The position numbers were made by a program, and so were the translations under genes. From the NCBI GenBank assembly GCA_964016885.1, contig OZ024742.1, positions 4,712,001 to 4,776,000 of the forward strand: 64,000 nt of DNA, given 5' to 3'. This document shows positions 13,083 to 24,794 of this stretch, piece after piece. Numbering within the stretch: the stretch's first letter is position 1; each line of letters opens with the position of its first letter. Source of the DNA: Eledone cirrhosa. Lineage: Eukaryota. The notes beneath the pieces were generated by a model. The model worked only from the letters and a program-made list of their open reading frames with translations, did no database searches and was not told where the DNA came from.

Positions 13083-13982
13083 AAGGGAAGGGCTAGACTA
13101 CAACAAACTCATTCAGGGAGCTCCTTACGCGGAAAACTTTCTATGAGACGAACTGTTGAACACAACAGACGATGCACGCTGGCCAACTGTCCCCGATAAC
13201 ACAGACGGCAAAGTTAACCTCCGCGAGATTTGAACTTTCATCCTTATGGGGTCGATAAAATAAAGTACCAGTAATGCACTGGTTAATTGCTGGCCTTGTG
13301 CCAAAACTAGAAACAATTATATTATATATAACTTATTGATACAAACATCTTATGGTTTAATACTAGTAAGCCTGCGAACAATTACCGCGATGTCAGTTTT
13401 TTGTGATCAGATATTATCAACAATATTCTTCCCCAGCTGTCACCTAAACTGATTCCAGACAGATTCTATTCCTTCCGTAGTCCAGCTTTGCTCTTAAAAA
13501 CAAACTTCCTTTATCCATCTAGCCTTGTGGCTGCTCATATACAAAAAAAATCCTTTTAGAAACTTTCTCCTTTGACATAGCTTTCCTCTTTAAAAAATAA
13601 ACAAACACTGCTTATATTTTGAACCACCTGTCGTGCAAAAAGGAGTTGTATAAGAAAGTATATACAATATGTTTATATATAATACATACACAAAAGTCAC
13701 ACTGTAGGGTTTTTTTGAATTCTGATTATGTCACAGCTATCTACGTCACTGAAGATGAATAAACATCCTGAAATACTAGTATATGGTGTTCAGGACTAAC
13801 TCCCTCTTTTCAAATATAATACGAAAACGATCCAAAACAAAACGAACGAAGTGTTCTTCCCTTGAAACACCGAGCGTTCGTCATACATTTGAAAAGGGGG
13901 TGGTGGCCTCGAAATATTGTAATATAATATAATGGGTAAAACATTACTTTGTTTTGTTTTGTCATCCCTGGCCCTCCTCCGC

Positions 13983-14105
13983 TTCTTCTTGTTCAACTTA
14001 TTTTCTTCTTCTCTTTCTTTTTTCCTTCTTCTTTTTCGTCTTCTTCTTTTTCTTCTTCCTCTCTTTCTTCTTCTTCTTCTTCTTCTTCTTCTTCTTCTTC
14101 TTCTT
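13983..14105. repeat. (CTT)n microsatellite
   Basis: Direct observation. It explains the poly-R/poly-L/poly-F ORFs here. Confidence 0.95.
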
Positions 14106-14119
14106 GAATCACCCGTTGC

Positions 14120-14810
14120 CATCAAGCATAGGTCGTGTACTGGGTCCAGTGTGATAAATGCGACAACTTCTATATAGGTATCACCACCTGACAATTACAC
14201 ATCAGGATTAAAGAACACATTAAAACTAGCGCTTCCTCTTTCAAGAAACACTTAGAGAAATGCAAAAACACCACCAAAAAATAACAGATAAGGTTAAAAT
14301 AAAAGAAGAAACCTCGGCAATCTCAGTATCAAGGAAGTATTAACCATAGTAGAACATACTCTCAAAGCAATAATAGACTAGAATTAAGCGCACAATACCT
14401 AACGCAGAAGGCTACTGGACTCTACATAGAGCACACAGAGGCCCGCTTATGACCACCTTATCTATCTGTGAGAAACCGTATATTCCGTCCATGCGTATTT
14501 ACATATTTGCCTGCGGGCTTACACACACTTAGGCAGGCACCTACTAATATATAGGCGTCTAAGCAAATTTAAAGGGAAACGAACTTTTGCCCCTTTGACC
14601 TGTCTTGACCTTAATTTTAACACAAAAGAGTTTAAAATAAATAAATGAATAAATATAACAAATAAATAAATATTAAAACCACTTCCACCCAGCAAGCCAC
14701 CAAGCCACATCGGACACTGGAATAGTTCCTTTATTTTCCTCAGTCATAGAGATACTAATCTCGAAATATCAGGTCATATAAATAAATTAAGGTAAAAGAG
14801 AACAAACCCT
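14120..14810 (+). mobile_element. Penelope-like element 3' fragment (GIY-YIG endonuclease pseudogene plus 3' UTR)
   Basis: Translates VVYWVQCDKCDNFYIGITT*QLHIRIKEHIKTSASSFKKHLEKC, a GIY-YIG domain with an in-frame stop. Confidence 0.75.
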
Positions 14811-14867
14811 ACTTTTTGTGTTTTTTGCGTTTTGATTTTTCCTCTCTCCAAACCTGCATTGTCGTGG

Positions 14868-14935
<68 letters not shown>

Positions 14936-14952
14936 ATAACCATGTCCATTAT

Positions 14953-14988
14953 GAGCTGAAGATCCGCTAAGGTGAAACAATTCTTCTC
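14953..14988 (+). ncRNA. Degenerate minimal hammerhead (copy of the 22246-22281 module)
   Basis: gag-CTGAAGA-tccgctaaggt-GAAAC-aattctt-ctc. The stem III G is mutated. Confidence 0.45.
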
Positions 14989-15316
14989 GATATGGTGAAC
15001 TAACTGTTGTCTAACCACTTCTACCTAACTGGACTGAGTGCTCTATCACTACGGATATTACCTTCCAGTGTTCTACTACTATATATAATATATATATATA
15101 TATATTTCGTTTCTGAATTTGTTTAGCAAGATTCTTTATCTGAAAACGTGTGTTGAAACCGATATTGTTATGCTTTGGGAGGGTATGTTCCCAATAAGAA
15201 ACACACGCACCAGTTGCTTTCACTTCAATTTATTATAAATTAAATTTATAAATTTAGGAATTTATAAATTTCCAGTTGGTTGGTTGGTTCCACAACCAGA
15301 TGATTGTTCATATATT

Positions 15317-15359
15317 GTCAAAGTTCTTTCGTCACACATTCTGTGACCTCTTCAGTGAC
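15317..15359 (-). ncRNA. Minimal hammerhead motif in a PLE terminal repeat
   Basis: gtca-CTGAAGA-g-gtcaca-gaatg-tgtgac-GAAA-gaac-TT-tgac. Confidence 0.6.
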
Positions 15360-15694
15360 TGGGGATTCTTTTCTTTGTTTTTGTGCCTCTCCTTTGTTCT
15401 CTCCTACGCAATCTTGTTTTTGTGTGTGTTGTGTGCTTAGTTTGCGCATGTGTTACATCCGGGTGTCTGTGTGTGTTTATATTTGTTTATTTATTTGTTT
15501 ATTTACATGTTACTAGTTGGTTGTTTGTTCTATGTGTGTGTGTGTTTTCATTTAGTCCTTAATTGTAAGTTATGATGTTGCTATTCCATTCATGTTTTCT
15601 ATTTAATTTTGGTTGGAGTTCATTTATGTTTATTGCCTCTGTGAATTGTTTGGTGCGTGTATTTCTTATTGGCAACACGACCCTCCCAAAGCAT

Positions 15695-15754
<60 letters not shown>

Positions 15755-15960
15755 CGTTTCTGAATTTGTTTAGCAAGATTCTTTATCTGAAAACGTGTGA
15801 TGAAACCGATATTTTTATACTTTGGCAGGGTCATGTTGCCAATAAGAAACACATGCACCAGTTGCTTTCACTTCAATTTATTAAAAATTAAATTTATAAA
15901 TTTAGCAATTTATAAATTTCCGGTTGGTTGGTTCTACAACCAGACGATTGTTCATATATT

Positions 15961-16003
15961 GTCAAAGTTCTTTCGTCACACATTCTGTGACCTCTTCAGT
16001 GAC
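15961..16003 (-). ncRNA. Minimal hammerhead motif in a PLE terminal repeat (second copy)
   Basis: Identical to 15317-15359. Confidence 0.6.
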
Positions 16004-16228
16004 TGGGAATTCTTTTCTTGGGTTTTGTGCCTCTCCTTTGTTCTGTCCTACGCCATCTTGTTTTTGTGACAAAAACAAGATGGCGTTGGACAGAACAAAT
16101 TGAAGTGAAAGCAACTTGTGCGTGTGTTTCTTATTGGCAACATGGCCCTCCCAAAATATAACAATATATATATATATAAAATAAGTAAAGGAAACATGTT
16201 AAATTTGGCTTCGTTTATTATATGTTCT

Positions 16229-16281
16229 CTGCTATATATATTTCAGTGACAGCTATTATTGGGTGTGACCTCATCAGGCAG
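16229..16281 (-). ncRNA. Minimal hammerhead motif in a (TA)n-bounded ~250-bp module
   Basis: ctgc-CTGATGA-ggtcacacccaataatagctgtcact-GAAA-tatata-TA-gcag, with a palindromic stem/loop III. Confidence 0.65.
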
Positions 16282-16404
16282 TACGAATTAATGTAGAAAA
16301 AACAGGTAAACATAGTGTTGAAATGTGTTCCACTCCGTCAATTCATCGATATGTACAGCTCCTGGATGTGTTGTTAGTCCTCTCCGAGGAACTGGAATCA
16401 TATA

Positions 16405-16528
<124 letters not shown>

Positions 16529-16669
16529 TGTGTGTGTTTGTGTGTGTGTATAAAAAAGAAAGTGTAGTAAGATAATAGGTGGACCATACTGCACCAGAGT
16601 ACTCGATACTTATAGTAATAGAGTGGGTAATAGGAAAGAGTCAGGATCCCGACGGCTGAGCTCTCACCA

Positions 16670-16742
<73 letters not shown>

Positions 16743-16908
16743 GGCAACACTCATCTTTTTCCATTTCTCTGAGGGTTATAAACCCCACTATCAGGCTAGA
16801 AATTTCTTTAGTCTAAAATACGGTAAAAGCTTATAATTTCTAATTTCTAATTTCAAACTCGCGCACCGTTTCAAAAATATACTTACATGTTTACGTTTAT
16901 AATTTGCT

Positions 16909-16962
<54 letters not shown>

Positions 16963-17094
16963 AGTGAGTTTTTTTTTACAAAATGAAATATAACAGGGGT
17001 GTCCTACACGAGTAAAAGTATAAAGAAAAAAGGATGAAATCGAAAATGCAACTGGAGTCTTATTTTAAAAAATATATATATATTTATTTGGTTC

Positions 17095-17130
17095 CTTTAC
17101 CGGTTTCGCAGTTCTTCTGCTTTTCAAAAG
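17095..17130 (-). ncRNA. Minimal hammerhead, U3-A8 variant, in the 3' terminal repeat
   Basis: ctt-TTGAAAA-gcag-aagaa-ctgc-GAAAC-cg-GTA-aag, with palindromic ACCGGT at stem/loop III. Confidence 0.65.
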
Positions 17131-17321
17131 TAGAGTTGAGTTGGAGGGTCAGTGCTTTTTCTCACATCTGGTTGGTCTTTGAATGTTACTTGTTTTATAT
17201 GGAAAAAGTCGCTCGAAACGCCAGGTTTTTAGAGAAGTAATTTGATTGGTTGGCCAATAAGTATAATAAATTTCGCGCCAGTTCGCGTTACAAAGTTCTT
17301 GATACAAGAGGGGCTCAGGTT

Positions 17322-17882
17322 GGTTTTTCATATATGAGTGTTTGAATTTCTTTTTACTTAAAAAAGGGGCTCACGGAGGCTTTTTTTTTATAAATGTAAT
17401 TTGATTGGTTATAAATGAAATTATGGCTGGCACGTGAACAAGTTCATTAAATTTCGCGCCCGTATTTGGGAATTTATTTTGTAGCCTTTTAGAGAATTTT
17501 ATGACAAACAAAAGATAATGGTCAAGAGAAATGGGATGGGAGAATTGTTCTTGTTCAGTGAATATAGCAGGTTGTTTTTTTCATATATGAGTGAAGTTTG
17601 GTTGGTTGATGTAGTCACGTGAAAAAGTATATCAGCTTTCGCGTAAGTTTGTTTGAATTTCTTTTTACTTAAAAAAAAGTGGCTCACGAAGGCTTTTTTT
17701 AAATAAATATAATTTGATTGGTTATAAATGAAATTATGACTGTCACGTGAACAACAAGTTCATTAAATTTCGCGCCCGTATTTGGTAATTTATTTTGTAG
17801 CCTTTTAGAGAATTTTATGACAAGCAAAAGATAATGGTCAAGAGAAATGGGATGGGAGAATTGTTCTGGTTCAGTGAATATG
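17322..17882. repeat. ~240-bp direct duplication in the PLE 3' UTR (~17338-17565 and ~17651-17882)
   Basis: GTTTGAATTTCTTTTTACTT...GTTCAGTGAATAT is present twice. Confidence 0.85.
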
Positions 17883-18449
17883 GTGGTTCGATGGGGTGTC
17901 AGAATTCAGATTTTCTATTGAAATAAAGAAAGTAAAGATATGTATGTTTATTTGTGTGCTTGTGTGCGTGTGTGTGTGTGTGTAGGAAGATTATTCTATT
18001 AGTAGAAATGGGGGAGGGAGTTGTGTGTGTGTGTGTGTATGGGTGTTATGTGTGTGTGGGGGGGGGGAGTATGTTAAGATGGAGAGAATATATATATTTT
18101 GTGTGTGTATATGTGTGTAGGAAAGTGATTCTATTAGTAGAAATGGGGGAGGGAGTTGTGTGTGTGTGTGGGGGGGGGGTTATGTGTGTGTATGGGTGTT
18201 ATGTGTGTGTGGAGTATGGTTAGCATGTTAAGATGAAGAGAATATATATATATATATTGTGTGTGTGTGTGTGTGTGTGTAGGAAAATAATTCCGTTAGT
18301 AGGAATATTTTTGAATGAACATATTTTCCTTACTTATTCGTATATTATTTGTTCTGTTGTATTGTCAGCGCAAACGTATGTTAAGGTTTATTTAGTTCGG
18401 GTTTTTATTTTCTAAAGTAGAAGGTGTTATGTGTCTGTTTGGATGGTTA

Positions 18450-20744
18450 GCATGTTATGGTGTTGACATAATGTATATGAAACCATATTTATTGCTGGTC
18501 TATATTTTTGAATAAACATATTTTCCATATTTATTCGTATTTGTTCTGTTGTATTGTCAGCGCAAAGGTAAAATGGGAAGACTTGGAATTTGGGTGTCTT
18601 ATTACTTGTGCATATGTCTAGATGTGCGCTTAGAGGTATCTGTCTCGTGGTTGGATCTCGTAATTGTTGGCGATGAACTGTTATTCTGTTTCTGAGTATG
18701 AGTTTAGTTTGTCCTATAAAATCTTCATTGCACCCTTTACATTTAATGGCATAAACTAGATTTTTTGATGAGCAATTGAAGTGATTTTTTACAGCAAAAT
18801 TTTGTTCTGATTTAAATGTATACGTGTTGCCTTCAATGAGGTGAGTGCAGGTTCCACAATTAGAGCGACCACATTTTTTGACAGTTGGTTGTGGGTTTGT
18901 GGTAGGTAATTTGGCATTGGTGAGTAATGTTTTCAGTGATTTCGGTTGTCTTTTGCTTTTGATTATTTTGTGTGTTTCAAGGTCTTTTTTTCATTCTTGG
19001 GTTTTGTTTCAGTAGTGGGATGTTCTTGTGAATAGTGTTGTAAGCTTCCGCATTTCTTGGGTTGTGTGTTGAGATATATGATAGAATATTGGACGTACCT
19101 TGAATTTGTTTCTGTTTTCGCAATTCATCAATGCCTGTTGCTTTAGCCCTTTCTATTCCATTATTTATTAGTAATGGTGGATACTGTCTTTCGAGTAGAA
19201 TTTCCTTTAATTCTTGAAGTCTTTTATTTCGCGTTTCATAATTGGAGACAATTGTGCAAATTCTTCTTGCTAGGTTAAAAGGAATGTTCGTCTTCGTTGC
19301 TTTGGATGGTTGGAGGGGAATAGCAGGTATTGTTTGGAATCTGTTGGTTTGTAGTGTATGTCAGTTTCAATATTTGTGTCTTTTTTTAAGATTAAGATTT
19401 CCAGAAATGGGAGTTGATCTTGGCTGTATTCCATTGTGAATTGGATGTGGTTATTGATGCCGTTTATTAAGTTTTTGAAATCATTCAGTTGGTCGAGTGT
19501 GTGGGACCAAAGAATGAGGCAATCATCCAAGTAGCGTTTCCAATTCTCTGATAAATATTTGTGGAAGTTCAATCCGTATTTTGATTTGGACTGTTCATAT
19601 ATCTGGACTTCTAAGTATGCCATGACTAAGTGGGCATAAGTTGGAGCGGTTTTTGTACCCATCGCAGTCCCCAATATTTGCTTGTAAGTACTGCCATCGT
19701 AATCAAAAAAGTTGTTCTGTAAGATAAATTTGAATCCCTCGATCATGAATCTTTTTTTCTATTCTTCCATGTATCTCATTGGGATATTTCTCTAGTAAGA
19801 ATCCTATTGCTTCTAGTCCGTATTGGTGTGAGATCGTTTTGTAGAGATTCACTACATCGAAAGACACAATAATAGTGTCGTTGTTGACATGTTTGGGGAG
19901 GTGGTTTAAGAGGTCCAGATCGTCTCTTACAAGGCTTGGTATGTGTTTGAGAATTGGTTTTAGTAGTATGTCTATAAAGTTGCTCAGTCTGTGTGTTTCA
20001 TATTGTGGGCCCGCTACAATTAGTCTTAATTTAAGGTCTGTGGGGTATTGTGTGTTCACGCAGGCTGAGGTGGATTGTTTACAAGCATCGTTAATTAATT
20101 TACACTTGTGGATCTTCGGAAGTGCGTAAAGGTTGCTGGTTTTGTATTCAAAATGTGTTAAATAATGGCGTTCCTTTTTAGTTAGGTCTTCCTTGTATCG
20201 ACAGTGTGTTTAATCTGGTCATTGTTTTTGATTGCTGGTATTTTTTTACTCTTTCATAGTAATTAGTATTTTGTAAGAGAGAGAACATAGAATTTTTATA
20301 TTTTTCAGAATCCATAATGACAACAGTACTTCCCTTGTCCGCTTCCTTAATTATAATGTCTGTATTGTTTTTTAGTTCATGGATAATCTCCTATTCCCTT
20401 CGACTCGTGTTGGGTTTGGGTTTAGGTTGCGTTAGTTCATGGTATGGAAAAGTAGCTATGTGGTCACAAAATTTGTCCAGAACTCTGTTTCTACCTTTTG
20501 TTGGGTTGTAGCTGCTTTTATTCCGTACAATTGATTCGTCGTTATTCTCCTTGTCAAAGAATTCCACTGTGAGACGTAATTTTCTACAAAAGTGTGAGAT
20601 ATCGTCATTTATCTCATTGAGGTTAGAGTATTGTGGTGTTGGTCTGAATTTCAGTCCTTTGGAGAGAATTTTTACTTGTTGGGCTGAGAGGTTTGTATTT
20701 GAAAGGTTGATTATTTTCGGTTTTTCAAAATTGGTTTGTGCCAC
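18450..20744 (-). pseudogene. PLE reverse transcriptase plus GIY-YIG endonuclease (frameshifted)
   Basis: LSKGLKFRPTP...FCRKLR; IKEADKGS; LRLIVAG; SFDVVNLY; QILGTAMGT; KRYLDD; LPFLEI; YKPTD; linker CGRSNCGTC; CSSKNLVYAIKCKGCNEDFIGQT...RITVH. Confidence 0.92.
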
Positions 20745-20750
20745 CGGGTG

Positions 20751-21960
20751 TCATGGGTCCTGTAGCCGTGGTCTAAAAAATGATTTTTCTGGAATGTTTT
20801 TCAATGGTATTATTATATCTAATGGCATTTCCCCTGTTGTTCTGTGGTCTTGTATAGAAGTGTCGGACGTATTGAGGTTCGTTTGTTGATAGTCCGGGTT
20901 GTAGATTTTGTTCCTTTGTGTGGGTTGGGATCTACAATTTTGGAACAGGCTCTGTGTGGGCAGGGGTCTACGGGTTTGGAATAGGTTTTGTGTGGGTTGT
21001 GATCTGCGGATCGGGTCCTGTCTTGTGTTGGGGGATCTTCGGTTTTTGTTAGTAGGGTTATAGTTTTGTCTATGGGTTCTGGGATTATCGTTATAGTTTT
21101 GCTGGGGGTATGTTGGACGTTTTGTTACTTTTTTTGTTATTTGTTGTGCATGTTTTGTTACTTTTTTTGTTATTTGTTGTGCATGTGGTGTATGAGTTTT
21201 AGTTTGTTTTAAAAATGGGTTACCTGTATGTTGTCCATTTTTAAAATACATTTCGTAGTTGTTGAACCAGGTGGCGTTTTTTTCCCATCGCTGGTGGGAT
21301 GTTAGTTCTTCATCCTCACAGTTTTCTTTCCAAAGTTTTAAGGTTTTTTTCATAGAGTAGGCCTTCAGAGTACCTTGAGATTTCTGTGTCCATCTGTTGG
21401 TCCAGTGATTTGAATTTTTCTTCGTTGGAGTTGGCTCTTAATCGCAACAGTTCTATTTCTATTTTAAATTTTTCTAACGCCATCTTTTCCCTAAGTCTTT
21501 GTTGGTTTTCTGGTTCATTCGGGATGGGTTTTATTTGGAATTTTTTGGGGAGGATGATTGGGGTAGAGTTTAGCCACTTTTCATATATGTCTGCCTTGCC
21601 ATTATTTTTCAGGAGATTCCAAAAGGCGAATTTGCGGGCTGTTAGCTTTTGAGTTCATATATTGATTAGGGTGTTTTTCCCAGAGTGGACATCTCGTAGA
21701 TTGGGTTCTAATGGTTGTCCCAGCTTTTGGAGCATTGCTGTTTCAATGGTTTCGATTAGTTTAGTTAATGATGGAGTAATATTCGTCTCTTGGGTATTTT
21801 CTGTTTCTTCGTGGGGTCATTTTTTATAGATGTGTATTTGGTCCACTTTGTTGGTCAAAGTTGAGAGTTTAGAGGAAATCTCTTTGAGTTCATTTAAGAT
21901 GTCCTGGTTCAGTGAGTTGTTTTGTTGAGACTTTGGTGGAATTTTCGGTCTTCGTGTGGT
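20751..21960 (-). pseudogene. Disrupted N-terminal extension of the PLE ORF (charged/coiled-coil, then Q/R/N/T-rich)
   Basis: ORF 20751-21353 and A-rich coding-like sequence upstream lie on the same strand, between the 5' terminal repeat and the RT. Confidence 0.55.
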
Positions 21961-22072
21961 GGGTATGTATTAGAAAGTGAGGTTGTTTTTACAAAATGAA
22001 AAATAACCGAGGTGTCCTACAGAATTTATATCTCACCCTTGCACAGCTGATACATAACCGTAAGTATGCATA

Positions 22073-22215
<143 letters not shown>

Positions 22216-22245
22216 GTGGTTACACAACAGTTAGTTCACCATACT

Positions 22246-22281
22246 GAGAACATTTGTTTCACCTTCGCGGATCTTCAGCTC
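22246..22281 (-). ncRNA. Minimal hammerhead in a ~80-bp (TA)n-bounded module
   Basis: gag-CTGAAGA-tccgcgaaggt-GAAAC-aaat-GTT-ctc. A homologous module lies at 14941-15023 on the opposite strand. Confidence 0.6.
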
Positions 22282-22378
22282 GGGATGTCATATATATATA
22301 TATAAAGAAAAAAAGGATGAAATCGAAAATGCAACTGGAGTCTTATTTTTTTTTTAAATATATATATTTATTTGGTTC

Positions 22379-22414
22379 CTTTACCGGTTTCGCAGTACTT
22401 CTGCTTTTCAAAAG
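22379..22414 (-). ncRNA. Minimal hammerhead, U3-A8 variant, in the 5' terminal repeat
   Basis: Same motif as 17095-17130. A mutated inverted copy lies at 22520-22555 (+). Confidence 0.65.
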
Positions 22415-22687
22415 TAGAGTTGAGATGGAGGGTCTGTGGTTTTTCTCAGACCCTCCATCTCAACTCTACTTTTGAAAAGCAGATGTGAGAAAAACCACAG
22501 ACCCTCCATCTCAACTGTACTTTTGAAAAGCAGAAGAACTACGAAACCGGTAATGGTACCAAATAAATATATCTATATTTTTTTAAATAAGACTCCAGTT
22601 GCATTTTCGATTTCATCCTTTTTTTCTTTATACTTTCACTCGTGTAGGACACCTCGGTTATTTTTCATTTTGTAAAAAAAAACTCAC

Positions 22688-22750
<63 letters not shown>

Positions 22751-23358
22751 TAAAGTTAGTCCTTCATCAGTGATCTTCCAACCATCATTGGTATTTCATC
22801 GCTTTAAAGACCATATACCTCCGGTTGGTGCGAGCAACGGCTAAAGAAAATCGTTGGGACACGTAAATAAAGGGAACGAGCGAGAGTATAAACAATCAAA
22901 GATGGTAAAGCAACGAAAAGTGAGGAAGAAAGAGTCAAGTCCCAGATTTCCATGAATATAAGTTCAGTGAAATCGTGAACGAGAGAGAATAAAGACCATC
23001 AAACCTAGTCGAAATGTGAGCAAGGAAGGAATTCCGCACAGGTTAAACGGGAGGAAGAAGGAGTCCAGTCCATGAATTCAGTGAACATAAGTTCTGTGAA
23101 ATCGTAGACGAGAGAGAGAAAAGGGGAACCAGCCTGTTCAAGCGTGCGCGAGAAAAGAATTACGCACAGGTCAAACAGGAGGAAGTAGGAGAGGTAGTAG
23201 CAGAGAGTGAGTGAGTGAAGTGTGAGGAAGAGGCTAACAGAGAGAGTGACTGTTAGAGAGGGTAAAGATACAGAGAAAGAGGAAGCAGTAAGAACGAAAT
23301 AGACGGGTCACAGCGGAGATTCATATGTAACCCATTTGCAACCACGCAGCACGTTTGT

Positions 23359-23448
<90 letters not shown>

Positions 23449-24057
23449 AAAATTAAGATAAATTAAATGAATTTAATCCAAATCAAAATTATGGGTGTCA
23501 TGCTAGAAAGACATGCGCCATATCGCCCGGAAAATAACCTCTAAGATTCTAACGAGTAGGTCCGAGCATTTTATAATAACTATAAATTGATTAACATATA
23601 TATAAACATGAATAATCACAGGAGATAATTTTTACAAGTGTGTAGCCACACATAGCTAGGTGGGTAACTAAATAAAGTTGGCTAGAACTTCAAAAATAGA
23701 TACCTTATAATATGATTAATCTTCCCTATATATATTCGATTAAAGAAATATATTTCACCAATTAATCGTATGGTAATCCACGGAAGTGGAGATTTGGATT
23801 TTCAACAAGGAAAAATTTTCAGCTATCCGCGTTTACACTTCAAGTTCAAATCTGCGACTGGTTATCACCACGTGTAGTATTTAGGAAATACACACATCAT
23901 AGTAGCTTCGTCCCAGTGGCGTGAATAGGGTTATCGACAACTAGAAACAGCAGTCGAGTCCTTTCAACAGAGTTAGCTCTACAATTAAGGAGCCGTATTT
24001 GTAAATATTATCTCCTGTGATTATTCATGTTTATATATATGTTAATCAATTTCTAGT

Positions 24058-24128
<71 letters not shown>

Positions 24129-24129
24129 T

Positions 24130-24466
24130 ATCTAACTATCTAGGGCGGGTAAAATTCCCGAGATCCATGGACGAGATCTCTCCAGCGGTCTCTGTCCCTC
24201 TTTATCGCTGCCATGTCCAGCGTCTCCAACAGACTAGTGTCTGTCCTTAGGGCATCAACATACGTTAACCTTGGTCTTCCTCTTCCAGTGTGTCAATGCA
24301 GGGGCTCCCACAGGAGCACTGAGTGCAGTGTCAACTCTGGATGTCGGTGAGCATGTCCAGCTAACCTCAGTCTCCTCTGTGTCACTTTTGAGCTGACTTT
24401 TGGGAAGCGCCCATACAGCTCTGAGTTTTTCATCCTCAGTGTATACTGATTAATGTTCAGAGCCAT
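24130..24466 (-). mobile_element. RTE-type LINE 3' end fragment
   Basis: MALNINQY...NSELYGRFPKVSSKVTQRRLRLAGHAHRHPE...LLWEPLH*HTGRGRPRLTYVD...DRDRWRE, ending next to (TA)n. Confidence 0.8.
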
Positions 24467-24794
24467 TTATTTGTATACGACTATCTATATACATATATAT
24501 ATATGTATGTAAAAGGTAAACAGAAATAACAACACAATCGGTACAGTATATGGAAGGTATATATTAGGTTAACACTTGATATATCAGGAAGAGGGTCTTA
24601 ACGTGTCAGACGCTAGTCCTTCATGAAAAGAAAGAATCAGAAATAAAATAGATTGAGGGACGGGCGGGATGGAATTAGAAAAAATGACTTTAGATAAAAA
24701 TAATAGGTCCATACATGTTGACATCTCTTGCAATATGTATGTATGTGTGTGTGTGTCTGTGTGTGTGTATATATATATATGTATATATATATAT

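Larger units (their letters stand above)
15105..16146 (-). mobile_element. Stacked terminal-repeat (pseudo-LTR) fragments of the PLE family seen at 29.3-31.1 kb
   Basis: 15105-15650 and 15752-16067 match each other and 30020-30505, including the ORF end QITEAINIKELQPKLNRKxEW. Short inverted pieces lie at 15651-15700 and 16069-16146. Confidence 0.85.

Noticed and set aside
13745-13786. Possible hammerhead gtca-CTGAAGA...GAAA-tactagta-TA-tggt
   Set aside because: The core and palindromic stem III fit, but stem II is poorly formed and stem I relies on G-U pairs. Probably a decayed copy, so not listed as a feature.
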